A stretch of DNA of 64,000 nt from Macrostomum hystrix. Its lineage: Eukaryota; Animalia; Platyhelminthes. The stretch lies in the NCBI GenBank assembly GCA_950097015.1, contig CATNEN010000030.1, positions 3,534,001 to 3,598,000 on the forward strand, in the 5' to 3' direction. A model generated the notes under the pieces. It saw nothing but the letters and a program-made list of their open reading frames with translations, was not told where the DNA came from and ran no database searches. This document shows, one piece after another, positions 23,325-36,590 of the stretch. The position numbers and the translations under genes are program-made. The number at the start of each line of letters is the position of its first letter. Position 1 is the stretch's first letter.

Positions 23325-24675
23325 TATATAAGAGCTTTACCTGTTAGATAAGAGCTTCGTCTGTTACATAAGAGCTTCATCTGTTAGATAAGGGCTTCGT
23401 CTGTTACATAAGAGCTTCATCTGTTAGATAAGAGCTTCGTCTGTTACATAAGAGCTTCATCTGTTAGATAAGGGCTTCGTCTGTTAGATAGGAGCTTCAT
23501 CTGTTAGATAAGAGCTTCGTCTGTTAGATAAGAGCTTCGTCTGTTAGATAGGAGCTTCATCTGTTAGATAAGAGCTTCATCTGTTAGATAGTAGCTTCAT
23601 CTGTTATATAGGAGCTTCATCTGTTAGATAAGAGCTTCATCTGTTAGATAGTAGCTTCATCTGTTAGATAGGAGCTTCATCTGTTAGATAAGAGCTTCAT
23701 CTGTTAGATAGTAGCTTCATCTGTTAGATAGGAGCTTCATCTGTTAGATAAGAGCTTCATCTGTTAGATAGTAGCTTCATCTGTTAGATAGGAGCTTCAT
23801 CTGTTAGATAAGAGCTTCACCTGTTAGATAGGAGCTTCATCTGTTAGATAAGAGCTTCATCTGTTAGATAGTAGCTTCATCTGTTAGATAAGAGCTTCGT
23901 CTGTTAGATAAGAGCTTTACCTGTTAGATAAGAGCTTCATCTGTTATATAAGAGCTTCATCTGTTAGATAAGAGCTTCGTCTGTTACATAAGAGCTTCAC
24001 CTGTTAGATAAGAGCTTCATCTGTTAGATAAGAGCTTCGTCTGTTAGATAAGAGCTTTACCTGTTAGATAAGAGCTTCATCTGTTAGATAAGAGCTTCAT
24101 CTGTTAGATAAGAGCTTCGTCTGTTACATAAGAGCTTCACCTGTTAGATAAGAGCTTCATCTGTTAGATAAGAGCTTTACCTGTTAGATAAGAGCTTCAT
24201 CTGTTAGATAAGAGCTTCGTCTGTTAGATAGGAGCTTCATCTGTAAGATAAGAGCTTCATCTGTTAGATAAGAGCTTCATCTGTTAGATAAGAGCTTCAT
24301 CTGTTAGATAAGAGCTTCATCTGTAAGATAGGAGCTTTGTCTGTTAGATAAGAGCTTCATCTTTTAGATAAGAGCTTCGTCTGTTAGATAAGAGCTTCGT
24401 CTGTTAGATAAGAGCTTCATCTGTTAGATAAGAGCTTCATCTGTTAGATAAGAGCTTCGTCTGTTAGATAAGAGCTTCATCTGTTAGATAAGAGCTTCAT
24501 CTGTTAGATAAGAGCTTCATCTGTTAGATAAGAGCTTCGTCTGTTAGATAAGAGCTTCATCTGTTAGATAGGAGCTTCGTCTGTTAGATAGGAGCTTCAC
24601 CTGTTATATAAGAGCTTTACATGTTAGATAAGAGCTTCGTCTGTTAGATAAGAGCTTCATCTGTTAGATAAGAGC
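23325..24675. repeat. 20-bp repeat CTGTTAGATAAGAGCTTCAT
   Basis: Direct reading. Confidence 0.97.
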
Positions 24676-25195
24676 ATGAACAGTGCTGAATGAAAGAAGT
24701 TCTATAGTTAAAGCCTTAGAATAAAAAGTGCAAGGCTAGAGTTCAGCTCTGAGCTGTGAGACTCGCTAAATGAATATATAAAAAATTTGTAAAAGCCTAC
24801 AAGCATAGAAGCCTATACGAGCATGTCTTACAGTAATGCAGCAAGTTATAAACATACAAAACCCCCCAAAAATTACTTAGAGCTAAAAGTACAACATGCA
24901 ACTGTGTATGAAATCTTAGATAAAAACAAAAGACTTTTTCGAAACTAAACTTGCACAAAAAACTTCAACAGATAGAGAGAGACAGCTTGTTAATTGAACT
25001 TTGGCAAGGAGACAAAGCGACAATAAATTATAAATGAAAACTGTAAGTAAACATGAAAAATCGCAACATACTACTGCTATCAGACGGCGGGTAAAAAATC
25101 TCGATTGGTTAGAATTATGCGTGTGACAGGAGCCAACTGTACAGGTTTAGCAAACCAGCCAGGTGAGTGATGTATCGCACAAACCTGACTAAAGC

Positions 25196-25854
25196 TCAGA
25201 TCAAATCCCATTCATTGATGCGGTGATCGACTGGCGGACAGTCGGCGAAGACTTCCACGGCTGACAGGCTGTCGAAACTTGGCGGCCGCCAGCCAATGGA
25301 CGACAGCGTAGCCGAACGGCGAACCGCCGGCTGCTCCTCCGTCGACGTCGCCAAAGTTTGCAGATGCGTCGCGTAGTCGTTTGAAACGGCACGTCGTTCT
25401 GACGCCGACACCAGCGCTACCGCCGCCGCCGCCGACGCCAAAGAAATCTTTTGCGGCGATAATTTCTCTTGCCTACGTTTCGGTTTTAACAGCGACGATT
25501 CTGCCGATGACGGAGGCGGCGGTGTCGACTGGAGCTGCTGCTGTTGCTGACTGTTTAATCGTGACGAAAGTTTTCTACGGCGAAAATGTCGGCCAGCCAG
25601 GAAGCCGAAGGCGAAGCCGACGGCAGCTAACAATGGCAGGATGGCGACCAATGCACCGACAGGAACTGAACCGGTTGAAGCGGATGCGGCGGCGGCTGCT
25701 GCGGCGGCGGGCGCGGATGCGGCGGCGGCAGTCGCCGTCAAGGCTGGCTGCTTATTCCGACCTTTAGCGACTGTGGCATCATCATCGGGCAGAACAGGCG
25801 GCTGTGGCGGCGGCGACGTCGGCTTTTCAGCTCCTTTTTGCAATTGTGGGGTCG
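25196..25854 (-). CDS. Semaphorin last exon: stalk, transmembrane helix and cytoplasmic tail
   Basis: aactag|CG; Pro/Ala-rich stalk, hydrophobic GALVAILPLLAAVGFAFGFLAG, basic stop-transfer RHFRRRK, tail ending NEWDLI-stop. Layout is like class 1/6 semaphorins, with no Ig domain seen. Confidence 0.8.
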
Positions 25855-26649
25855 CTAGTTAAATATTTAATATTTATGAACTTCATGCTTCTTGTTTCAC
25901 AACTCCCTTGGCATATATTTCCCTACATCACCCAATCTCCCGTGTCTTCTACCCCAAGGGACCTGATTAAGAAAGGAACTAGTGGAACTTGTTGCGGTTT
26001 TCCAACTAGTAACTTGAGCCAAGGGGCGGACGCGGAGCGACTGGCTGCTAAAGAGCAGCAGATGCGAGGCAAGAAAAGCAGGAAATGCGAGAACCGTGCA
26101 TGAATAAGACAGCAAGTTGCTCCAGAAAACACAGCCCACCCCTCAGTGTATTAGCATGTGACCGCAGCTGATCTTGACCTCCGGTGGCACAGGGCTAGAC
26201 TTCGCTAACAAATTTCTGCTTTCAGCAATGCGATATTCTGCTCTGTAGCCGCAGCAGAGACAGGAACATAAGAAATAAACTGGAAGGGACTTCTTATGAC
26301 CCCGTACGACCTCTGCGATGAATTAAAGAAAACAAAATCAGAATACACAAACTTTGTTGCCGAGACGAAATTTTGTGAAAATAATAAACAGAACCAATTT
26401 TAAACGCACTTTACGAGTAACAGTAGAACTACCCAGAGGGAATTCCCGCCCCCTTGACAACTTTTGTGCTGCACCCGAACGGAGCCACGCAAGCTCACGA
26501 AACTCAAGAACACCGGCCAACTTTTTGTTGCGCATCTTCTGAAACAAGAATCAAGTCGCCAGCTCTTCAGACCGTCGAGATATTCGATGGTTCTGGCCGA
26601 AGGTCAGATTTTTCCCATAGGCGCTAGTGTATTTCATGCACCCCTATAC

Positions 26650-27035
26650 ACGAATTAGCACTGCACCTCAGTGCGGCCTCCTTGCCAGGCATTCAAAATT
26701 TATCAGCATGTCACCCGAATGTGCCCGCATCATCTCCGTCTTCTGTGGTCAACAACTTTATCTAGACGGATTTGCTGGACCTTCAAGGGCTACAAGCCTA
26801 CAACAGGTGGAACTAGGCCACTATGGACATCCTGACGCGAATTTCTCCGATTTCACAGATCAAGCCTAAATATTAGGCGCAGCTCAACCACAGGTCATCA
26901 TCGCCTAGTCTGTCAACCAATCAGTCATCACCCAACGCTGTTAGCATTCAGGCGCTGCCAAAAAATCCCCCCTTGAGGGTAAATGCCACCCTTGGTATAA
27001 AAACAGGTAGCAAAATGGCTTGGTAGTCCTACTGT
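26650..27035 (+). mobile_element. Dispersed repeat C, copy 1 (unclassified; CCAAT and TATA boxes)
   Basis: Clearly homologous to 46767-47085 over more than 300 bp. Confidence 0.75.
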
Positions 27036-27349
27036 TAATTTGGAAATCATTACTAGAGATATGTGGCTTAACTACCTGTTCAAGGAGTAGAACAATATTG
27101 TCATCCTCGTAGTTTGATTACTAGAAATAATTATTCTATTATACTACAGTTACAAGGAAAAAGACAAAAACACTCTAAGAACAGACGGGCCTGGGGCCAA
27201 TTAGGAGAAGCATTTTAATTAAAAGAGATTATTAGCAGCACAAATGCAGATGAAGAGGAGAGATAGAGGACTAGAAAAAGCAGACGAGTTCAGCAAAGAG
27301 ATGGCTGGACATAAAGCCATGTACTCAGACCGCGACTTACAAGCGGATG

Positions 27350-28208
27350 AGGGGAGGAGAGGAAGGGAGATGGATGAAGGAAGATGAAGGGAGATGGATG
27401 GGGGAAGAGGAAGGGAGATGGATGGGGGAAGAGGAAGGGAGATGGATGGGGGAAGAGGAAGGGAGATGGATGGGGGTAGAGGAAGGGAGATGGATGGGGG
27501 AAGAGGAAGGGAGATGGATGGGGAAGAGGAAGGGAGATGGATGAAGGAAGATGAAGGGAGATGGATGGGGGAAGAGGAAGGGAGATGGATGGGGGAAGAG
27601 GAAGGGAGATGGATGGGGAAGAGGAAGGGAGATGGATGAAGGAAGAGGAAAGGAGATGGATGGGGGAAGAGGAAGGGAGATGGATGGGGAAGAGGAAGGG
27701 AGATGGATGAAGGAAGAGGAAAGGAGATGGATGGGGGAAGAGGAAGGGAGATGGATGGGGGAAGAGGAAGGGAGATGGATGGGGGAAGAGGAAGGGAGAT
27801 GGATGAAGGAAGAGGAAAGGAGATGGATGGGGAAGAGGAAGGGAGATGGATGGGGGAAGAGGAAGGGAGATGGATGGGGGAAGAGGAAGGGAGATGGATG
27901 GGGAAGAGGAAGGGAGATGGATGGGGAAGAGGAAGGGAGATAGATGAAGGAAGATGAAGGGAGATGGATGGGGGAAGAGGAAGGGAGATGGATGGGGGAA
28001 GAGGAAGGGAGATGGATGGGGAAGAGGAAGGGAGATGGATGAAGGAAGAGGAAGGGAGATGGATGGGGGAAGAGGAAGGGAGATGGATGGGGGAAGAGGA
28101 AGGGAGATGGATGGGGGAAGAGGAAGGAAGATGGATGGGGGAAGAGGAAGGAAGATGGATGGGGGAAGAGGAAGGGAGATGGATGAAGGAAGAGGAAGGG
28201 AGATAGAT
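27350..28208. repeat. Purine-rich 23-24-bp repeat GGATGGGGGAAGAGGAAGGGAGAT
   Basis: Direct reading. Confidence 0.95.
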
Positions 28209-28865
28209 AGGAGAAGTGGGTTGGCTAAAAGAACATGCCACACTATCTGAAGCCATCAGTTTCATAATTAAGGAATCGGTGACCCAAGAAGACAGAGAAT
28301 TTTCAGGACAGCCAGCTTGTGACCTCAGACACAGCGGAGCCCTGTCTTAACTAACAGAATGCAGCTCAGCATTAATGAGCATTAGGCAATGTCCGCTTAC
28401 ACACGGAATTCCGCCATGCAGAGAACAGCATAATGTTTATTTATAATATCTAAGAATGAATGGACAATGTGGCCATATAAAGCCGTGGTCCTTTTTAACA
28501 CTGAAACTTCCCTCACCCACCATACAGGCAACCCCTTGAAAAATGCTCATATAAAAAAGGATTCTAGGACAGGAGGGCAAAGTGTGACAGGGAGAGTAAG
28601 AGCAAGAACTTATAAATCACCAGTAACCAACTCAAACCGCTCTCCAGTTAAACTCAAACCAACTCAAGCTAAGCCTCGCTATAGGGGTGCTCAGCGCCTT
28701 CTTGTTATTCAACTTAAGCAGAGCGTAACGGGAAATGCTGGGTCAGGTGCAGCAAAGTAAGAATGGCAAAATGGAGGGGAAACTATTTAGATTCACGGGT
28801 CGGCAAACTCTGGTAAGAGGGCCAGATATGGCCAGCAGAGCTGCGAATTCCACCGACCCTGGTCT

Positions 28866-29720
28866 TCCCGTGTCTTATCTCTCCCCGTGTCTTATCTCTC
28901 CCCGTGTCTTATCTCTCCCCGTGTCTTATCTCTCCCCGTGTCTTATCTCTCCGCGTGTCTTATCTCTCCCCGTGTCTTATCTCTCCCCGTGTCTTATCTC
29001 TCCGCGTGTCTCATCTCTCCCCGTGTCTCATCTCTCCCTGTGTCTTATCTCTCCCCGTGTCTCATCTCTCCCCGTGTCTCATCTCTCCCCGTGTCTTATC
29101 TCTCCCCGTGTCTTATCTCTCCGCGTGTCTCATCTCTCCCCGTGTCTCATCTTTCCCTGTGTCTCATCTCTCCCCGTGTCTCATCTCTCCCCGTGTCTCA
29201 TCTCTCCCCGTGTCTTATCTCTCCCCGTGTCTCATCTCTCCCCGTGTCTCATCTCTCCCCGTGTCTCATCTCTCCCCGTGTCTCATCTCTCCCCGTGTCT
29301 CATCTCTCCCCGTGTCTTATCTCTCCCCGTGTCTCATCTCTCCCCGTGTCTTATCTCTCCCCGTGTCTTATCTCTCCCCGTGTCTCATCTCTCTCCCCGT
29401 GTCTTATCTCTCCCCGTGTCTCATCTCTCCCCGTGTCTTATCTCTCCCCGTGTCTTATCTCTCCCCGTGTCTTATCTCTCCCCGTGTCTTATCTCTCCCC
29501 GTGTCTTATCTCTCCCCGTGTCTTATCTCTCCCCGTGTCTTATCTCTCCCCGTGTCTTATCTCTCCCCGTGTATTATCTTTCCCTGTGTCTCATCTCTCC
29601 CCGTGTCTTATCTCTCCCCGTGTATTATCTTTCCCTGTGTCTCATCTCTCCCCGTGTCTTATCTTTCCCTGTGTCTTATCTCTCCCCGTGTCTCATCTGT
29701 CCCCGTGTCTCATCTCTCCA
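28866..29720. repeat. 17-bp repeat CTCCCCGTGTCTTATCT
   Basis: Direct reading; related degenerate units at about 33065-33250. Confidence 0.96.
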
Positions 29721-30271
29721 TCGTCGACCAGCCTGCACAATAAGGCAAGCATACAAGTCAACTCATAGATTTAGCTAGAGTTTTGAGTAGAACAATAATT
29801 TGGAAAGCTATTCACCTGTAGGATTATCAGGTCCAGTTGGACAATCAGCAATTAGGACGGTTGCATCTGTAGAGCCATTTGAGTTGACACTGAAATAAGT
29901 AAATAAAATAATAAAATGATAGATTGTTTATAGAGTATACAGAACAGATAAATATGTCTAACAAAATGTTTGACTAATGTATCAATTTACTAAAACCATT
30001 TGCATCTGCGATGGCAAACACTTTAATAAAAACATCTGGGGCAAAACATGTGAGACATGTCCTCTGTTTGCTAAAATTGAGAGACTTGTCAATCAAATAA
30101 GTATTTTGAGACATTTCTGCTGCCAGAGGGTAACTGAGAATATGGAGGATAAGCGGCTACACCAAAAATGATATGATTCTCAATATTTTCGAAATTCTCA
30201 CTAATAGAATATCCGACCGTGATGGAATCTTCTTTTAGCCTCTTATAGTATCGAAATCTCATTGCTGAGAG

Positions 30272-31012
30272 AATCGAAATCTCACCCCTAAAAGCATCCG
30301 AATCTCACCCCTTATTAAATTAATCTCACCCCTCATAAAATCGAAATCTCACCCCTTAATGCAATCGAAATCTCACCCCTTAATGCAATCGAAATCTCAC
30401 CCCTAAATGCAATCGAAATCTCACCCCTTAATATAATCAAAATCTCACCCCTTAATATAATCGAAATCTCACCTATCATCGAATCGAAATCTCACCCCTT
30501 AATATAATCGAAATCTCACCCGTTAATGCAATCGAAATTTCACCCCTTAATATAATCGAAATCTCACCCGTTAATGCAATCGAAATCTCACCCCTTAATA
30601 TAATCGAAATCTCACCCGTTAATGCAATCGAAATCTCACCCCTTAATATAATCAAAATCTCACCCCTTAATATAATCGAAATCTCACCTATCATCGAATC
30701 GAAATCTCACCCCTTAATGCAATCGAAATCTCATCCCTTATAGAACCGAAATCTCACCCCTTAATGCAATCGAAATCTCATCCCTTATAGAACCGAAATC
30801 TCACCCCTTATAAAATCGAAATCTCAGCCCTTAATGCAATCGAAATCTCACCCCTGAATGCAATCGAATTCTCATCCCTTATAGAACCGAAATCTCACCC
30901 CTTAATGCAATCGAAATCTCATCCCTTATAGAACCGAAATCTCACCCCTTATAAAATCGAAATCTCAGCCCTTATCTATCGAAATCTCACCCCGGTTAGT
31001 ATCAAAATCTCA
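30272..31012. repeat. 24-bp repeat CGAAATCTCACCCCTTAATGCAAT
   Basis: Period 24 (30342 and 30366). Confidence 0.94.
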
Positions 31013-31583
31013 TCCGTGATAGTCCCAAAATGTCGCAGAAAATGTAAATCAAAATCTTGTTCTTGTTAGAATCAAAATCTCATGTAATAGAATGAAAGTT
31101 TCACCCTCTACTCACCAGTTTTTATTCTCCCTCAGATTTCTCTATCTAAGGCCAGGGAAGGGGGAAATCCCCAAATATATAAGCAGTCTAATCGATAAAG
31201 CCAGACTTAGCTGTTCTCCAGTCCATAGTGCTCAGGTTGGGCTACTTAAAACACGAAATCCCCCCAAAATGGTCCTAAATCAATCGGTTTCAAGCATATC
31301 AACAGATGCGGCAAACTCCCACAGATGCATAAGTTAGTGATTAGTGAGCCCAGATCATTTTATCCCCAACAGGGAATCACTCTAGTCTGAGATCTACTAG
31401 AGCAGCAAACTCCCGTACTCGCAAATCTCCCTTGCCTGAGCATGGGGAAGAATACTGAGGGTCGAATACTTATTATCCCAAATCTCAGTTAGGGAAAAAA
31501 ATTCTTAAAAAAGTCTTAGCAAACGAACATCCAGGTAGTACAGTAGTGACGGGTCATAAGTTTCGAGACAGCGAAAAACTCAC

Positions 31584-31851
31584 TCCCGACTAGCATCTCG
31601 ACACAGTCGCCGCAGGCGGTCCCACCGACAGCCGGGATCTCGCTGGCAGGCCCGGCAGCCGGAGCCGGCCTCTCTGCACCTCGGCGACAGCGGCACGGAG
31701 GCGACGCGATCGCCGGCGAAGGCGAACAGGCGCCCGCCTCTGACCAGAAGGCGGTCGACGCTGCTGCCGGAGTCGGCGCCATCGCCGAGCAGGTGCAGCG
31801 TCTCCAGCACGAAGCCGGTGTCGGCGAGGACCTTGATGACGGCGCCATTGT
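31584..31851 (-). CDS. Semaphorin exon, end of Sema domain plus PSI domain
   Basis: cgcag|AC gives GTDNGAVIKV (family GTD.G.V.KV); PSI-like CREAGSGCRACQRDPGCRWDRLRRLC. Consensus donor GA|gtgagt, phase 2. Confidence 0.88.
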
Positions 31852-31896
31852 CTGCGGAGAGGGAGAGAAGGCTTGAGGATTTGAAGAAATGATCAG

Positions 31897-32830
31897 CGCA
31901 CCCTAAATATACTCCAAAACCCTTCATCAAACCCTAAATAAACTCCAAAACCCTTCATCAAACCCTAGATAAACTCCAAAACCCTTCATCAAACCCTACA
32001 TAAACTCCAAAACCCTTCATCAAACCCTACATAAGCTCCAAAACCCTACATCAACTCCAAAACCCTTCATTAACTCCAAAACCATTCATTAAACCCTACA
32101 TCAACTCCAAACCCTTCATCAAACCCTACATCAACTCTAAACCTTCATCAAACCCTAAATTATCTCCAAAACCCTTCATCAAACCCTAAATAAACTCCAA
32201 AACCCTTCATCAAACCCTACATAAGCTCCAAAACCCTTCATCAAACCCTACATAAGCTCCAAAACCCTACATCAACTCCAAAACCCTTCATTAACTCCAA
32301 AACCATTCATTAAACCCTACATCAACTCCAAACCCTTCATCAAACCCTACATCAACTCTAAACCCTTCATCAAACCCTAAATTATCTCCAAAACCCTTCA
32401 TCAAACCCTACATAAACTCCAAAACCCTTCATCAAACCCTACATAAGCTCCAAAACCCTACATCAACTCCAAAACCCTTCATTAATTCCAAAACCATTCA
32501 TTAAACCCTACATCAACTCCAAACCCTTCATCAAACCCTACATCAACTCTAAACCTTCATCAAACCCTAAATTATCTCCAAAACCCTTCATCAAACCCTA
32601 CATAAACTCCAAAACCCTTCATCAAACCCTACATAAGCTCCAAAACCCTACATCAACTCCAAAACCCTTCATTAACTCCAAAACCATTCATTAAACCCTA
32701 CATCAACTCCAAACCCTTCATCAAACCCTACATCAACTCTAAACCCTTCATCAAACCCTACATAAACTCCAAAACCATTCATTAAACCCTACATCAACTC
32801 CTTCTTCATCTAACCCTGCATCAACTTCAA
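31897..32830. repeat. ~31-bp repeat CTCCAAAACCCTTCATCAAACCCTACATAAA
   Basis: Direct reading. Confidence 0.94.
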
Positions 32831-34046
32831 AACCCTTCTCGAAGCTCGAAGAATTGCAGCAATGATCCCAATTAAAACATTTATTGATTTGTGGGAAAGA
32901 AAATATGTTAAGACTGAAGATAAAACACTCTTCAGATCCAAACCTGAACAACTGAAGTTAGTCTTCTGAAGTCTAGAACAAAACACACCTAAGGGCATAT
33001 AGACTGTAAAGCTTCTAAATACGGCCTATTGGTCCCTCCTAACAACTAATGACCCGTCAAATTTCTCATCTCTCCAGAGTCTTATCACTCGTGTCTCATC
33101 TCGCCTCTGTCGCATCTCTCCGGTGTCGCATCTCTCCCGTGTCTCCTCTTTCCCATTCTAACCCCTCGTGTCTTTTCTTTTTCGTGTCTCTTTTCTCCCC
33201 TGTCTAATCCATCGTATCCTTTCTCTCCAGTGTCAAATCTCCCCTGTCTCACATATTACCTGCCTCAGCCCTTTTTGTCAACGCGGCCCGCTATTGTTAT
33301 TTTCGGTTCTCTATTTGCCTACGAAGGATTATAAAATGTTAGCTTTCCTAGTAGCCGACTAGTTTATAAAGATTTACGCGTTTAACTAAAAGTGCATACA
33401 GTCGCCCGATATTAGCATTACTATAATAGTAGCCAAATCCTTCTTAGTAGGAAAATCGAATTTTTCCTCCAACTCTTAATTTGCGCGTTTGAATCTTGAA
33501 AATTCTACAGATCTTCTTTCACGCAATTCCAGGAAATAAAATGTCAAGGAAAGCTAGCTAGCAATTGACTAGAGCAGTGCCTATGGATGTACAATAGTCA
33601 CAACAACTGGCTTGCAGCACAATAGAATGAAAATTGCAATCAACTGAGGCTAGAGCAATGCAAGTCCCACCCGCTGGCTCTTGGAGCAGGGTCGGACTCT
33701 TATCATCTGTAAATAGGACTAATAATGTTTACATATGAAGGCCAGGCCCAAATGCTAAATTTTCTTTGCAACTAAAAACATCATCAGACATTGCACGCAC
33801 AGGGCAAATCGATTCCTGCCAGTCCCATTACAAAATGCACGCATGCATTTTATGCACTAGGAAAAGTGCGCTGCAGCTAGGCCCAGACAGACAGACAGGC
33901 TGTGACTCACTTCACTAACTGCCCAACCCCGTCTGCTAAAATTCCAGCCAGCCCAGCAACAATCTGCCCATCAACTCCGCGCCGATTCAAAATGTATGCG
34001 AGCTAAAAGTGCACGGATTGCTTTTTGTAAATCAGGCTTTATCTCC

Positions 34047-34652
34047 CTTCCAAAACCATTTAGCCGACAGTACACCAACTCCAAAACCCTTCAGCCGACA
34101 GTACACCAACTCCAAAACCATTCAGCCGACAGTACACCAACTCCAAAACCATTCAGCCGACAGTACACCAACTCCAAAACCCTTCAGCCGACAGTACACC
34201 AACTCCAAAACCCTTCAGCCGACAGTACACCAACTCCAAAACCATTCAGCCGACAGTACACCAACTCCAAAACCATTCAGCCGACAGTACACCAGCTCCA
34301 AAACCATTCAGCCGACAGTACACCAGCTCCAAAACCATTCAGCCGACAGTACACCAGCTCCAAAACCATTCAGCCGACAGTACACCAGCTCCAAAACCCT
34401 TCAGCCGACAGTACACCAGCTCCAAAACCCTTCAGCCGACAGTACACCAGCTCCAAAACCCTTCAGCCGACAGTACACCAGCTCCAAAACCCTTCAGCTG
34501 ACAGTACACCAGCTCCAAAACCCTTCAGCCGACAGTACACCAGCTCCAAAACCCTTCAGCCGACAGTACACCAGCTCCAAAAACCCTTCAGCCGACAGTA
34601 CACCAGCTCCAAAACCCTTCAGCCGACACTACACCAAATCTAAAACCCTTTA
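34047..34652. repeat. 31-bp repeat CTCCAAAACCCTTCAGCCGACAGTACACCAG
   Basis: Direct reading. Confidence 0.96.
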
Positions 34653-34761
34653 GCGGACCCAACATCAACTCCAAACCTTTGAGTGGACCCTAAATCTACG
34701 AGCACTAAAAAACCTTCAGCGTCCCTGCAAAGCCATAGCAAAGCAACATGAGTATACTCAC

Positions 34762-35199
34762 CGGTGCCCATGAGCAGAAGGTCCCTAGCAGGTTTACCCA
34801 CTCCGTAGGCAGCGGCCAGCGCTGTGACCCGATGCCTGGCCCCGGCCTGCAGTGTGAGCAGACTATTGGCTAGCAACGGCCTAGCAACCAGAGAGGCGGT
34901 TCTCTCCACCTTCAGGTTCCTGTAGAGCAGCTGGTTAGCCTCATCGGCTGTCCAATTGCAGCCAGTCGGCTCAGAGCGGCCGCTGCGTTTGGCGTACTCA
35001 GCCCGGGATATCCGGCCAGCTGTGTAGGGCGACTGCCAGCTAGTGCGGTTCAGCTCGATGAAGCTGTCAGCGCTGCTAATGAGATCTTCGGCTTCGGCGG
35101 ATGCGAACCGGCAGACAGCTTGAAAGCCGCCTGTTGGAGAGTTCTGCGGCGAGAACAGGCCGTAGAATGAGCCAGACTCGCTGAATTCTGTGGCCAAAT
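34762..35199 (-). CDS. Semaphorin exon, Sema domain
   Basis: cgcag|AT; FYGLFSPQ...AVCRF...LLLMGT, the family FYGVF..AVC.F and LF.GT pattern. Donor G|gtgagt, phase 1. Confidence 0.88.
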
Positions 35200-35221
35200 C
35201 TGCGTAGGTGCGTGTGGTTTG

Positions 35222-35445
35222 CGCCATAGACATGCCAACTGTTGCCATTGTGTTTTGGGTTATAGACATGTCAACTATTGCTAATGTGAGTTGGGTCATA
35301 GACATCACAAATATTGCCATTGTGAGTTGGGTCATAGACATCACAACTGTTGACATTGTGGGTTGGGTCATAGACATCACAACTATTGCAATTGTGGCTT
35401 GGGTCATAGACATGTCAACTGTTGCCATTGTGAGTTGGGTCATAG
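35222..35445. repeat. 36-bp degenerate repeat TGGGTCATAGACATGTCAACTGTTGCCATTGTGAGT
   Basis: Period 36 (35292 and 35328). Confidence 0.9.
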
Positions 35446-36384
35446 ATCAATGGCAATTTTGTTATTACCTTTTCTGATAGCGCAGTCATCGAGAAGCAAA
35501 AAGAAAATTAGGATCCTGAATGCACTCAAACAGAAGCACAATTGTAGTTAAAAAAATAAACAAAAAAATTATCATAAAAACGATATTTTTTAGTTCATTC
35601 AATAAAAATGGTTGCTAATTTCTATTAATGAGCTTGGAGAACTGAAGCACTATATAAATTCTGTTTAACCTGCCTCCGCCTATCAGCTACCAGCCACTAT
35701 TTCACAGTACCTGCGCACAATAATTTTATGTTTTTAATTTATAAATTTAGGTTTAGTAAAACGCACCTATGCCGTCTTTACTCTAATCGATATTATAGAA
35801 GCAAGAAAAGAAAGTAAACAAAAAATTTAATTAACTGATAAACCACAGCATCCACTTCACAGAAGATAATGTAGAGATCAAACACGATTTCGTCTAGTTT
35901 AACCTCCAGACTTTTCATTCTCGAGGCTTGCACAGAGGCCTGCACAGAGACCTGCACAGAGACACAGCTTGAGTGAGGCTTGCTGAGCAATATTTCATTG
36001 CAATTTCGAGTCTATCGATTGTTTGGACACAGGGGCGAACAATTTCTTTGAGACTTGGCATCCAAGAATCCTAAGTACCTCATGACTGTACGAGGAGAAT
36101 TTCAGTGAACTTGGCGCCTCCCAAAGGAAATTAGGAGGGAAATTGTGGACCGCTGCAGTATGGGACGGATGATTGCGTCACACGCAAGCAGCTGCTGAGC
36201 AAGGCTTTGATCAATAGGCCTTACTAATACTGTGTAGGAAGGTCCCTGGAGCCGTTGCCAATGTTATAACTAGTCGTGATACAGCCCGAGTGAATCTGGC
36301 CGATGCTTAATTATTAATTTATCTATCTTCGCATTTTGCACCCGCGGGGTGTTAATAGAATCATAATTTATGAAAAAATTGTAT

Positions 36385-36590
36385 GAGGATAGTGAACAGG
36401 GGGTAGGAGGATAGTGAACAGGGGGTAGGAGGATAGTGAACAGGGGGTAGGAGGATAGTGAACAGGGGGTAGGAGGATAGTGAACAGGGGGTAGGAGGAT
36501 AGTGAACAGGGTGTAGGAGGATAGTGAACATGGGGTAGGAGGATAGTGAACAGGGGGTAGGAGGATAGTGAACAGGGGTAGAAGGATTAT
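36385..36590. repeat. 22-bp repeat GGATAGTGAACAGGGGGTAGGA
   Basis: Direct reading. Confidence 0.94.
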
